Assembly (NCBI RefSeq): GCF_006345805.1
Contig: NC_042998.1
Location: forward strand, 130,510,001-130,574,000
Direction of reading: 5' to 3'
From: Octopus sinensis
Lineage: Eukaryota
DNA length: 64,000 nt
The position numbers and the translations under genes were made by a program. Under the pieces are notes generated by a model. It ran no database searches and was not told the origin of the DNA. It saw only the letters and a program-made list of their open reading frames with translations. Position 1 is the first letter of the stretch, and the number at the start of each line of letters is the position of its first letter. Below are positions 25,637 to 38,751 of this stretch, one piece after another.

Positions 25637-25973
25637 TCTCTCTATACATAAAGCTGAAGTTGTCTATGTATGGCAGGTTTGGTAGCCTTCAACTAATACG
25701 ATCTCCTCTAAGACCCTGCGACACAAGTTGACCAAAATTGAAAGTATGATAGAAGAAGGCTTGCTCTTCCGTCCGTTGGAGGAAGAATTCAAATCGAACC
25801 ATGTTAACACCAAAAATTATTTACATCAGAAAGTTTCTGTCGCCATTTTTCGGTGTATTTCAACCAGAAAAATGTTCAATTAAAGAGAATAACAAACTAC
25901 ATAATGCAAAATTTTTACTTTATGAAAATTCCAATTCGAAACAAACCTGAACAACGCCGGGCGATACTGCTAG
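25637..25973 (+). mobile_element. Non-autonomous Helitron
   Basis: 5' TC(TC)TCTATACATAAA; 3' CCTGAACAACGCCGGGCGATACTGCTAG|T, nearly identical to the end of the 19862-20367 element. Confidence 0.8.
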
Positions 25974-26289
25974 TACAAATATACAGTCTGCTTTACTGGA
26001 CTACTCCAAATAAAAGTTACAGCACATTGACAATCATTTTATAGGGTCACCATTACCATTCAGAAGACACAAAGGATGTTCCAGATAAATACTACCTTGT
26101 GCCTCGGAGGAGATGTTGATTGTAGAGTAAAGACATATAAATGTTGTGCTGATATTCTCCTAGAAATGGAAATCTTTCTTATACAGGATGTTTGCATTGA
26201 CAGTGGGGTTAAATCGGAGAAAAATGAAAGCAGCTTAGCTTTCTGTAAATTGCAACAAATTCACTAATTAGGTCATGGAGTCAGATTTA

Positions 26290-27241
26290 TCAGATAATCC
26301 CATAAGTTCTGTCCGAATTTTGAATAAAAAAGCAAGTGATCAAATGTTATATTTAAGTGAAATTTAATCATCAATATACTTTCCCTGATTATCTATAACT
26401 TCCTTCTATCTATTTACAAGATTTTAAATCCCTTTAATGTAAAACTCTTTTGGTTTCAAAGCGAAGAACTCTGAAATGTCAGTTTCGTCCTCCTCCTGGC
26501 TTGCGAAAGTTATGTCCCCCAAATGATTCTGTAAATTACGAATCAAATGGTAGTCTGAAGGAACAAGGTCGGGAGAATATGGTGGATGAGGAATTTTTTC
26601 TCAACCAAGCTCTTAGATCTTCTGTGATTGATCTTTGTAGTGTGGGGTCGTGCATTGCCTAATGAAACATCGCTCTTTTTCGATTCACTAAAGCAGGTCT
26701 TTTTTGCTTCAAAGCTTGGTTCAAACGGTCTAATTGCTGACAGTAGATTTGAGCATTGATAGTTGCATTAGGTGGTAACAATTCAAAGTGAATATTAACA
26801 AGTTGTTGAAGATGACGATGAACAGTTGTATGGATTGAACTAAGCTTTAGTGCCAATTCTTGAATTGATAATGCAGGATTTTCTTCAAGTAACGCCTTAA
26901 GGAGCTTATCATCAAATTCATCTGGACATCTTGTTCGATCTTCTGAATTTCGCAAGCCATCGTCTGGAATTTCTTTCATTCAATCATTCGTTCCCATAAA
27001 CTAAGTGTATGTTTCGAGTCGCTTCGGATGCAGTTTCCTTTTTTGTACTCATAAAGTATTATGTGTCTCAAATGCTCTTTCGGTTTTAATCAAAGAAATT
27101 TTAAATCTATTATTTAATTAGTTTAAATGCACACAAATGCATAAAAATAATTTTAAATTCCATTAGACAATCTAAAATACTATTAAATTTCATTCAATTT
27201 TAGAAAAGGTAAAATCGTACAGAACTTATGGGATGACCTGA
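26290..27241 (-). mobile_element. Internally deleted mariner element
   Basis: ~30-bp TIRs (TCAG.T.ATCCCATAAGTTCTGT.CGA) with TA on both sides; ORF 26659..26979 ..HFELLPPNATINAQIYCQQLDRL..RPALVNRK..FH. Confidence 0.9.
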
Positions 27242-27424
27242 TAGTACAAATAAATGTGATATCACTAAATAACAAATCGATGCAATATGTTCCCGTAATA
27301 TCTGTACTCCCCTAACACGAACAAAAACAAGCACACACAGCCGTCCATACCTCAGTAACACGGAGTTGCAACAGGTGGATGAAAGAGAAATTTGTATGAA
27401 ACTATCAAATGTCAAATAGTGGCG

Positions 27425-27472
<48 letters not shown>

Positions 27473-27496
27473 TAATATAATAATAATAATAATAAT

Positions 27497-27529
<33 letters not shown>

Positions 27530-27553
27530 AACAACAACAACAACAACAACAAC

Positions 27554-27595
<42 letters not shown>

Positions 27596-27689
27596 TAATA
27601 ATAATAATAATAATTTCTTTATTAACCATGAGGGTTTACTTGATGGAAAAAAATTGGACAGCACAGAACAAAACAAATAATAACAATTT

Positions 27690-27780
27690 CGCGGAATTTG
27701 AACCCAGAAGGTACCGACAGGCGAAATACTGGTAAGCAATTCTTCCAGCATGCTAACGATTTTGCGAGCTGGCCGTCATA
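27690..27780 (-). mobile_element. tRNA-derived SINE head fragment
   Basis: Plus strand GGAATTTGAACCCAG (reverse-complement B box)...GAAATAC..TAAGCA; same family as 41760-41910. Confidence 0.55.
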
Positions 27781-27997
27781 ACAAGAGCAATTGTAATAGT
27801 AGTCTGTTTACAGTTTTCGTTCTCACACATCCATTAGCGTACACACGAAATAGTCAATCGGCCTAGAGTTGCGAATGAAGAAATATTTAAAATATATAAT
27901 TGTAAATACATATATAATCATGTACTTAGTTAATTTCATATCTTTTGTTCTACCAACGAGATCAATATAGATATACAAGCATAAGTGTAAATATATG

Positions 27998-28076
<79 letters not shown>

Positions 28077-28219
28077 ATTATGTGTGTGGATGTGTGTGGA
28101 TGTGTGTGTTTGTGTGTGAGTGTGTAAATTCTTTGTTCATGTTTGGAATAGCCTTCTGAGTGACTTGGATAACCAATTCCTGGATTTTGACACCTACGGA
28201 TTACTGTTACCATTCATCC

Positions 28220-28490
28220 GGAGTACGCCACTGTAATCGTGATTGGATGTCATCAAAACATTTTTTCGTCCTCTTTTTACCTTTCTTCTTCTACTTCCAC
28301 TTTTCTCATTTTGTCGCCACCGTTTCTTTCTCTGTCTTCTCTTCCTTGGAACTTTCTTTTTTCCCTGTTTCTGACGAAGAGCTCCGCTCAAAGCGTTAAT
28401 TTCTCCTTCTTTCTTTCCTTTCCTGAGCGTCCAATAATATTATACTTGTTCCACGTCCCCGCATCGTTGTGCCTTTGTTCATGTTTTGAG
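28220..28490 (+). mobile_element. Probable solo PLE pseudo-LTR with hammerhead relic at 28371-28397
   Basis: CTGACGA a GAGC-tcc-GCTC AAAGC (GAAAC decayed) in a pyrimidine-rich block ending at (TA)n. Confidence 0.5.
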
Positions 28491-28506
28491 TAACTATATA
28501 TATATA

Positions 28507-28817
28507 TCACCGTGATCACCGTGACCGACCAGGCTATCAGATGTTGCTACACATCGCTGGTCACAATGCACTTCGCATTGTCTTAGCCTTCAAATGACGC
28601 CACCCCGCTGGCTAAGCGAGCAGGCCAACAGAAGAAAGAGTGAGAGAAAGTTGTGGCGAAAGAGTACAGCAGGGATCGCCACCATCCCCTGCCGGGGCCT
28701 CGTGGAGCTGTAGGTGTTTTCACTCAATAAACACTCTCAACACCCGGTGTGGGAATTGAAACCGCGATCCTACAACCGCGAATCCGCTGCCCTAACCAGT
28801 GGGCCATTGCGCCTCCA
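28507..28817 (-). mobile_element. tRNA-derived SINE
   Basis: Minus head GGAGGCGCAATGGCCCACTGGTTAGGGCAGCGG...GGTTTCAATTCC (A and B boxes); both ends in (TA)n. Confidence 0.85.
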
Positions 28818-28889
28818 TATATATATATATTTATATATATATATATATACATTTACCTATGTGTGTGATTGTGTGGGTGTGAGTGTGTG

Positions 28890-28938
<49 letters not shown>

Positions 28939-31549
28939 GAGATAGCTTTCTCTCAGATTCCCTCAATTTTTAAACCTGATGGTGTCACAGATGACGTTTT
29001 CCTCACATGCATGCTCAGTGAGAATCATTCGTTTACAAAATGAACTCCTTAGCTGCATAGCCATTCCTAAGCTCACTTAGGCAGAAGTTCAAAATTTTGC
29101 AGAGAAGCGTTTTGCTGAGAAGCGTTAGAGAGAATCCAGTTCATGCAAATGTGTTACTGGGATTGAGTTATTAAGTTGAAGTCAATAGCAAGCAGTGTGT
29201 TGTTGTAACTCAAAACGTAAAAAGAATAGACCCCATAGTATAATCCATTTAGTTGGTCAATCTATCGCTTCCCTGCCTTTTACTGGTCAAAAGAAAAGAA
29301 AAAAACTAAAATGAAATAAATACCATCGATCCATCGTACGAACGAGGCTCATGTTAAAAGTTTAACAGGATATTATATTTGGTGGAATATTGTTTCATCC
29401 AAATGCTTGTCTAAATAAATTTCAAATTTAACGTTTAATAATTATTGAGTAAACTCCCTAGCTACAACATATTAATGTTTCATTTCATCATTACAAAGCA
29501 GGCTAATAGTGTTATCCTAGAGATGAAATTCCCTTGGCAAAAACGACAATCTTTCTTAGATCACTTAAGCCCGGCCGCATTAACATCTAAGAGCAGAGTT
29601 CGATGACTGATTGCATTTAATCTCCTTCGAGGATAAGAAATCCCTTAGCCACTATTACTTGGAAATAACCAAAAATTTTTGTCATATGCACGTTTGAAAT
29701 TACTTGCTACAGTATTATGCTGTCGGATAGAATATTTCACATAACATTACAATATATTCTGAGGAATGAATTGATTCGAAGAAATTCTTTTGTCTTTTAT
29801 TGTTTATTCAGCATAACTGATGGCGTATATCTATTTTCATGCAAAATATAGGAATCAATTTGCAAGAGACTGTAGGTGCTTAACAACCCTATAACATTTA
29901 AGCATAATCTCGAATAGTTTTAATCTTGTTCTCGAATTAAATTTGATTTTTAAGCACAAAATACTGAAAACAATTTAAGCAGTTCATTTTGTTTGAAATA
30001 GATCTCTGAATTACTGGATTAAAATGTTCTTGTTTCATATACCTTGCACTAATATAATAGATATTGCGAGTGATCTCATCAGAATCGTACCTGCAATATA
30101 TTTTTCAGTTGGTGTTTGGCCGATGAACAACCATCGATGTTGAATCTAGTCCTCACATTCTAAAGAAGGAAAATATATAAAAGTATTTTAAGACGAATAA
30201 TACTATTATATTAACAAAAATAACCGATCATTTCACAAGAGATCATTAACAAATCGACCAAAGACTCTATTATATATTCTATTTCCTCATTGTCAGCTTG
30301 TAATAAATATGGCATGATCTCAAACTGCGGAGGCATTTATGCAGAAAATGCTATTTATTTCACTATAACCTCGAACCTGCATAAATCATGCAAAATCATC
30401 TGTAAATTTTGCAAAAATCTTCCTTCTAAATCCGATAAAAATATCTTATATAATGTATCAGTAATGCAGTATTAAACTCCGGGAAATCTGTGCTCCAAAT
30501 CGGATATACTTTTTCCTTATACTTGATCACTTAGCCCATACAACTTTGAGCCACAGTGTGACACGAAAATTCAATGTCATATTCGTCTATTAATGTTAGA
30601 AGTCATGACTGTAAAACCATGAAACAATATTCGAATTTGGTTATTACCTATGCGGCTTATAAAAATATGCCAGGAAGACTGGATTGAAACTGCAAATTTC
30701 ATTTTTTAGTTGGTGTTTAGCCGATGAACAATCATCGTTGTTGAATCTAGTCGTCACTATTTTCTGCGGAAGCAAATGTATTATAGGCGTGAGTTATATG
30801 ATGCAAGGGTATTTGACACTGCAATGGATCATAATATTTTCCTTCATGTCAGAATTATGAATGGAGCTAGGAAGGTTACATCAGATCAAACATCTAGTAT
30901 ATTCAGGCATTGCAGCAACAATACTATCAATTATATTAGACCCATTAATCGCATTGATTTTCAAACGAATTATTACACTGATACACGCCATTTATAAAAA
31001 GCCTAACAATTTCCTCTGCTGCACACATCGATCACATTAAAACCCCATTCAAAGAATGGGCAATTCGAGATTATTGATTACTACATACATAGCGCCTATA
31101 TCACCCCCATGTCTTTCTACTCAGTTGCATTCAACACAATACGACGGTTTAGTGGTGTTATTAAACGCAAATTTAAGGCAATATACATAGGGAAATGAAG
31201 TAACAACAGTAAACTTCAGATTAGCTTGCCGTTATATAAAGAATTTCGAATTAGAAATAAGAGAAACATTGACGGAAACTACAGTCAGTAGTCCACTTCA
31301 ATCGGACAATATCGATTTTGTTTCAGTTAATAATATAAATGTCTGTTTGGACTTGCTGCTTTTCACAGAATTCCAGTGGAGTTTTTATTCTTCAGTAATT
31401 TAATCAACTTCTTGTGGTGGCTTTCTTACATATTCATTTTGTACTGAATATTAATACGCGAAGGGCTAACCAGTGGGACTTGATTTATAGCTATTGCCAT
31501 GAGATTCCGTTTCGAAATGAAAACAAAAATTGCTGCTAGTGTAAGTTCT

Positions 31550-31551
31550 TA

Positions 31552-31641
<90 letters not shown>

Positions 31642-31647
31642 GTCTGG

Positions 31648-31701
<54 letters not shown>

Positions 31702-31736
31702 GTCGATCTATCTATCTATCTGTCTATCTATCTATA

Positions 31737-31810
<74 letters not shown>

Positions 31811-31812
31811 AC
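31550..31812. repeat. (CTAT)n tetranucleotide repeat
   Basis: Directly visible; explains the YLSI ORF. Confidence 0.95.
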
Positions 31813-31984
31813 TAACCGTTTATATATATAGTAGTGTGTGTGCATTTACAAACACATGCATATATACACACTGCATTTACAATTACATACATAGAGACAC
31901 TAAGATACAATATATATATATGTGTGTGTGTGTGTGTATCTTAGTGTGTCCATGTGTGTGTTTGTAAATGCACATACACGTAAA

Positions 31985-32300
31985 GACGCAGGTGTCAATG
32001 GTTTGAGCGTCATTGCTTACAATCAACTGAGTTCGAATTCCGTTGTCTCCTTAAGCAAGACACTTTCTTTGACATTACTCCGATTAATTCACCCGTAAAA
32101 ATTAGCTGTTAGGTTACTGGTGCCAAGATATATCTGCCTTTGCCCTTTTCCTTGGCTAATATCAGTCGTGTGGAGAGGGGAGAGTGGTATGCGTGGCGAA
32201 CTGCTGGTCTTCCAAAATCCATGAGCACAATTGAACATCGGAGAACTCTCTCTGTTCAATCCCATGGTCATTCCTGAGCAAAGTGGGATCATTATCCATG
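31985..32300 (+). mobile_element. Degenerate tRNA-derived SINE
   Basis: GCAGG..TGGTT..GAGTTCGAATTCC head followed by CTTAAGCAAGACACTT (CORE-like). Confidence 0.55.
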
Positions 32301-32342
32301 CATTCACGCGCGCACACACACACATATTTACTTATCGATATC

Positions 32343-32382
<40 letters not shown>

Positions 32383-32544
32383 AGGTGTATGCATGTGTAA
32401 ATGCCTATATATACATATGTATATATGAATATGCACATAAACATAGGTATATACTTGTATATATACATTTGTTTGTATGTAATATATATATATATATGTA
32501 TGTATATGTTTATATATATATATACACACACATATATATTCTTT

Positions 32545-32940
32545 TATTCTTTTACTGGTTTTAGGCAAAGGCTATAGCCATGCTTTAGCACCGCCTTTCA
32601 TTGTATTTAGGGCTCTCCTTTCTGTACCGTTTATGATGAAGACGCGAGTTAATTGGAACCACTCTTCTCTCTGCTTCCTGCCGAGATGTGTGCTCGTCTG
32701 GGATTTCAGCTAGAAATTTGTCCAGATACTTTTTGAAGATCTCCGTGTCTACACCTCGCAAATCTCTTAGATTCTTCGGCATTATGCTAAACAGATGTGA
32801 TACTCTGAAACCCATACAGTTGAAGTACTGTTTCCTTATTCTAGATGCAGAAAACAGGATCTCTCGTTCAATTCGGTAGTCGGTATAGCTTCTAATTCCA
32901 AGGTTAGGAGGTACATCTACAAGGAACTTCCCCGTATGTA
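32545..32940 (-). mobile_element. 3' end of a CR1-clade LINE
   Basis: GFRVSHLFSIMPKNLRDLRGVDTEIFKKYLDKFLAEIPDE matches the CR1 ORF2 C-terminal G..LFN.LP..LR..FK..LD pattern; tail ...GAATAAAAGAAT. Confidence 0.75.
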
Positions 32941-32949
32941 TATTATTTT

Positions 32950-33500
32950 ATGTACTTTACTCTTTCTGTATGTGTCAGCTCTCATAACCGTACAAAAAAT
33001 TCGAAGTCACCACAGGCTTCTGGATTTTGAGCCCTTTTGAGAAACAAATGGAGTTGCTTTTCCATATGGTGTTCAGCAGCGTCATGTCAGTAGATGTTAA
33101 AAGGAGTTTTGTTATCTCTTTTTGAGACCTGCTTCACGATCAAAGTGGATCCTAGGAACTTACTGGTGTCCACTTTCTCAAATTTGTTTCTGTTTAGCAT
33201 GAAGTTGGTTGCTCTATTCCTGTTATTAACACGGGTACAGCAAACGGGATGCTGTATTCTTGGTTTTAACCAGGACCCCCGTCTTTACTGGACTGATCTC
33301 TACTCTGTATGCATCTGATAATTTTTTTAATCTGAAGGTGGGCTCTTGTAGTTTTACTGCATTGCTTCCTAACAGGTCAATGTCGCTAGCAAAGAGCGGG
33401 GTGCAAACGGGCCATCGCGCCAATGGAAACTGAGTGATGGAAGACTTGAGGTGTTTCCTGCATAATCTCTTCTAAGAAAAGGCTGCAAATCAACGAAGAG
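32950..33500 (-). mobile_element. RTE-like reverse transcriptase relic
   Basis: LFASDIDLLG..LQ..YRVEISPVKT.V (FADDIDL-type), then FEKVDT.KFLGSTL. Confidence 0.6.
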
Positions 33501-33610
33501 AGGAGACATGTTTTTTTTAACGTTCATTGTTGTCCTGAAAAATGTCCTGTTTGAGTTTTCATACAATTCTTGGATTACTTCAATAAGGTTGATGAAGTTC
33601 CATAAACATG

Positions 33611-33647
<37 letters not shown>

Positions 33648-34179
33648 ACACATACACACACACACACTCACACACATATATATATATATATATACATGTA
33701 TGTGTGTGTGTGAGTGCATTGTATGTGTATGTTTGTTCCAATTTAAGATCATACATATAACATATATACTGACAAGGAAACTAGTAGCTTATATGTATTG
33801 TTCAAAATATTAACGCATTTCACAAATAACTATCTACTTATCATCTATGTATCTATACATATACACTTATAAACTCACGCACACACATTTTCATGTGTAC
33901 AAGCATATATAGGTACGATCGTATATATATATATGTGTGTCTAGATGCACGCACACGCACACACATACACATAAACACACACACACACAAACATATATGT
34001 GCGTGTGTGTGTTTGTATGTCCGTATGCCTATATGTATATATAATTATCTTAATTAGTATGAATTAATTAAATTTTCTCATTTTCCTGTGAAGTATTTAT
34101 TTAGTTAAGTTCCGACTCGGAATATTTGTTCAATTTCATTTGATGTGATCAAAATGATGATGATAAAAATAAAATTAAC

Positions 34180-34249
<70 letters not shown>

Positions 34250-37200
34250 TGATGATGATGATGGTAAAAAATAAATAAATATATAAAATGATAATATTGA
34301 AAAAAATTAATGTAAACAAAGTTTTTCAAATAAAATAATTGCATTCATAATAACAACATGAAGATGCAATTTGATTTGCTTGAAATGCATCATGATGAGA
34401 AATGAAGAAAGCATGCCGCAGAAATTTCATTGCAGCCACAATTAAATTTCATCAATATAGATTTTTTTTTTTATTCGCTTCTGAAATTTCACAAATATCT
34501 GTAATGATGTGAATTTTAAGTGCCTAATTTTATCCAATTTGGAACGTATCCATCTTATTTTTACTGTTTTTAAAATTTTCTGTTTGTTTTACTTTCATTC
34601 ACTTTCATTATATCGAATATTATCACTCTTCCTCTTTCCTTCTCTTACATTCGTCTCTCTATTTTCCACAGGTAAAAATGCAAAAATTATATTCAAGATT
34701 TCAAAAGTGTGTAAATTCAAGCAGATAAGCTTTCTTAATAGGTGAAGTAGACGAAGGTTGTTGCAACCAACTATCTGTTTACGAAATAAAATCTAGACAC
34801 AAAATTTTAATTGGGATTCAAAGTATGCAGGTTGGGTTATTTTGATATGGACTTTACACGTGAAATAGATCTAAGTATTTATTAAGACGCATATTAGTCA
34901 GTGCATTGGTAGGTGTAACAAATTGTTGATTCAAGTTTGAGATATGTGAATATTTTCTTCATGCAATCGTCAGTACGTAGGTGAGACAGTTGCCCTGATC
35001 CCTCTTACAACTGCTGAGCGTCATGTATAAATAAAAACAAAGGCAAAATGGTTTAGAAAGATTAGTTTCTATAAAATTTCCATTGCTATGCATTCAAATA
35101 TGTAACACGACGAACGCTTGTATTCGCTACCACGCTATCACTGATAGGATTTAGTATAGTTTTAAATTGCACACATAAATTAAAGCAGTTTAATTGGTTG
35201 AATGTGATATCGTGTAATATCTTTTGAATGAATTTGACAGTTTATAGAAACTATATGATGATGTCATGTTTGGTTAATTTGAAACTATATTTCTTGAATT
35301 CAGCCTCTAGCAAATGACTAGGGATATAATACTTTAAGAAAAATAATTGAAAAACAACTGCCATTTCTTTAAATACGCTGACACAAAGATTCAATAGACG
35401 AAGGCCGGTAAGAGATGGAATACCGTAATATTCATTTTTCTGGGTGTACTATTGGATTATGATGAATTTTGTAAAAGTTCAATAGTTCTTTGAGTGTGAT
35501 AATTGAAATAATTGCTGAATCAATAAAGGAAAGTGCGAACTTGTGATGTCTACAAATTTTACGGTTCAAAACTCGTTGTATATATATTTCTTTGAAAACA
35601 ACACATGTGTAAAATATTGGAACTGGCATTTGTGATGCACTATAGTGATGTACATCTCACGTAGCTTTATTTTATACTCTCTGCTCAGAAGGAAGACTGG
35701 CAAAACTGACACTGCTGGGTTAGGAACTCAAAACATAAAGGTTAACTCAATGCTACAGGGTATACTGTTTAAAATTACATAGATTGCAGCAATCCACGCC
35801 CTACAACATATCATATATTGATTTCTAACTGACGCATAAGTCATCGAATGTAATATACATTGACACAAAATATAGATAGGTACTTAATTTAAGTAATATG
35901 AGACTGCACATGTTCACTAAATATTTAGCCGCTGCATAAATATTTGCCATAGTCAACATTCAAAAGGGTGCAATGAAAATATTGAAACACTTGAAGGGTC
36001 AGGTAAAAAAATAAGAAGAAAAAGACAAAATTTATTAAAGTTTATTATTAATGTTTTATACCGAATATGAAAGATGTAATATTTGACTTGTTATAAATTT
36101 CTCATGTATTTGCTCAACTGAATATTTAGTGGAGGTAACTCGTCACGCTTTCACAGTTATTGCTAAATTAATTTAAAATGACTCCCATACTAAAGACAGA
36201 CATGAAAGACATTATACATGCGATTTAATATTACGTTAGATTTCAAAAGTATTTGGACAAGACAAGGTTTGAAGATAGATGCATGCTTAACATACACAAA
36301 AACATGGACTTATATACTGTCTCTCTCTCTCTTTCTCACTCTCTTTCTCCCTCCCTGCTCCATTGTGTCTCACAGACACGCGTATACATACATATGAGAG
36401 AAAGAGAGAGGGGAAGAAAGAGAGAGAAATAGAGAGCGAGGCAGGGGAGAAAAGAGAGCGAGAGCGAGAGAGGAAGAGAAAAGAAAGTAAGAAAGAAGAT
36501 AACATGTAAAATCGATACGTGTATGACTAGATGAGTATGAGCACATACAAAATTGAATATTTATAGAATATTTCAATAGTTTATTGAACAAATCCACGGG
36601 GCCAAATACTAAGAAAATGGTAGTTAATGTGAAAAGGCTGATAGTTGACGTACGTCATAGCCGTATATATTTCCATTCGTCACAAAATTCACTTTTTAGT
36701 CGCTTGGTTTGCAGCAATGTTTCTCAATGTCTTTTAAAGTATTCCTCTCCAGTTTAAAAAAATATATATGTTCAATATAATATCACTGAACATGGGTGAG
36801 CTGGATGAAGCTACTCTGGTGATATACAAAGATAACGAGAACGAAAGTTGAGTTATAAACATTTATTAAAGTATTCTTTTATTCTGCGCTTTCTGAAATT
36901 AAACGCCGCTTGAGTCAACATTAAATCTTAATGTTCCAATAATCGATATCAAATTAAATAAAATATCCGTTTTAAAAATATTAAGAATTGTTGGTTTAAA
37001 ATCGTAGTATCTCTGGCAACTTGGTTATATATTTTATGAGTCCTGGGTTCGTAAATCAAATATATCTTAAGAAATTTTGCTTTTAGCGTTATGGATATGA
37101 ATTTCTCCTATTCCTTTTCCACTAATTCTCTAACTATATATCCCCCATCTTATTTCTTGCACTCAAAACGAATCAAAAGAGAATGTAGAACAAAGCAGCA

Positions 37201-38016
37201 TAGCGTTTGTCGGATCATGACATCCTGTAACTACGTAATAACGCAACGTCAACAACACCCTAGAATACTAAATATCGTAATAACACTACTCGCTTACTTA
37301 TTTTTGACAAACACAGAAATTTATCACCAAAATATGTTGCACACCTTTACAACACAAAATTATCTAGAAAGGGGGGAAAAAACACTTGAACTTGTGTGAA
37401 AAGAATTTTAAAAACCAAAAACTATGCTGTGAACATCAGATACGTTTCATGACAAACCACCTGAAAGATACAATTTTAATGAAAGTGAAATCCCACGGGG
37501 TATTTCTGCTGCACAGTTTGTTGCTGCAGCAGTTTACAACTCGTATATTTCCTACTACTACATGAGCAGAACATCGCTGCCAATATACAAACACTTGCAG
37601 AACAAGCCAGATTATCACAACAATATTGTAAAAGTTTAATATCTTTTAATCTTCTCAAGAAGGATACAGAAAAAGAACGCATACACACAGTAGTCTCGCT
37701 CCGAAAGTTGTGCTGGAAAGAGTACAATAGCCACGAGTAAAGCGAAGTAACAGTTGTGATTTGATTTTCTACTGTGGTCACCTGCAGAACCTACAGAATT
37801 AGATTAAGGCATAAAGAGAGCAATATATCCAGACTGCCATACTTAGTAGCATACTTGTGGTATAGTGTGGCTTGATTCTCATTTAAGGAGAGATATGATA
37901 CTTTTAAGGAGTCAGTTACTATGCACCTGCCATACGAGTGCTTGATAAGAGCTGATCTGTTGTTACACAGCGGCAGCATTCATATTGAAATAAAAGTACA
38001 TCTCAGACAGCAATAA

Positions 38017-38270
38017 GTGCAGGCGCGCGGTTTAGTGGTTAGGGATGTTGTACTCATGATTGTAATGGCGTGGTTTCGGTTCCTTGAGCGGACAATGAGT
38101 TGTGTTCTTGTGAAAATGATTACTTTTTCCGTTACTATAGCCTACTCGGCTGGCAAAAATGAATATTCCTTGGACGAACTGAGTCCCGTCCAGTGGGGAA
38201 TATATAAGCCATAGAAACCAGGAAACTGTCTCTATGAGTCTCTATGACTCTGAAAGGGGCTTTAACCTTT
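38017..38270 (+). mobile_element. Degenerate tRNA-derived SINE
   Basis: GGCGCGCGGTTTAGTGGTTAGG...GGTTTCGGTTCC A/B-box-like head. Confidence 0.65.
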
Positions 38271-38705
38271 TGCTTTCTTCAGACAGCAGGACCCCAATCC
38301 GTAAAAGTATTTTTTTCTCAAATCATTGATTAAAATTCAGATCCTTTTGTAGGACTACTGACCATCTAAAATTATTTTAAGCCTTTGTATCTCTAATAAT
38401 AACCAAAAAAAAACAACAGTAAAAATATTAACATTTCGTGCTGTTATTTGATAAACTTTTACAAAGTATCTTAGTCATTAAACTTGTTGTTTCGTCGTTG
38501 TTTCCCTTATATCTTGATTCATTTCACTATATATTATTTAGCGGTAATACTTTTGAAATAAAGAATAATACTTCCCGTTTCCTTACCTAATCTCTGTATT
38601 TCTTAAATTTAAGCAGCATAGATGCATACGTACATGCACACGTACGCATAATACACACACACACGCGCACACACACACGCACAAACGCACATACACACAC
38701 TCACA

Positions 38706-38751
<46 letters not shown>

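Noticed and set aside
28740-28817. tRNA-like sequences (also at 17640-17695 and 38017-38075)
   Set aside because: These are SINE heads without a full cloverleaf and are followed by SINE bodies, so they are not tRNA genes.
30030-30085. Minus-strand CTGATGA...GAAAC
   Set aside because: Stem II base and stem III do not pair.
34671-34745. Strong polypyrimidine acceptor (ttttccacag) with a possible exon
   Set aside because: The open frame is low-information, the donor is weak, and there is no homology cue.
37430-37745. Two overlapping protein-looking frames (KPPERYNFNESEIP...; HEQNIAANIQTLAEQ...)
   Set aside because: No start, clear splice sites or recognisable motif; could be an unrecognised TE relic.
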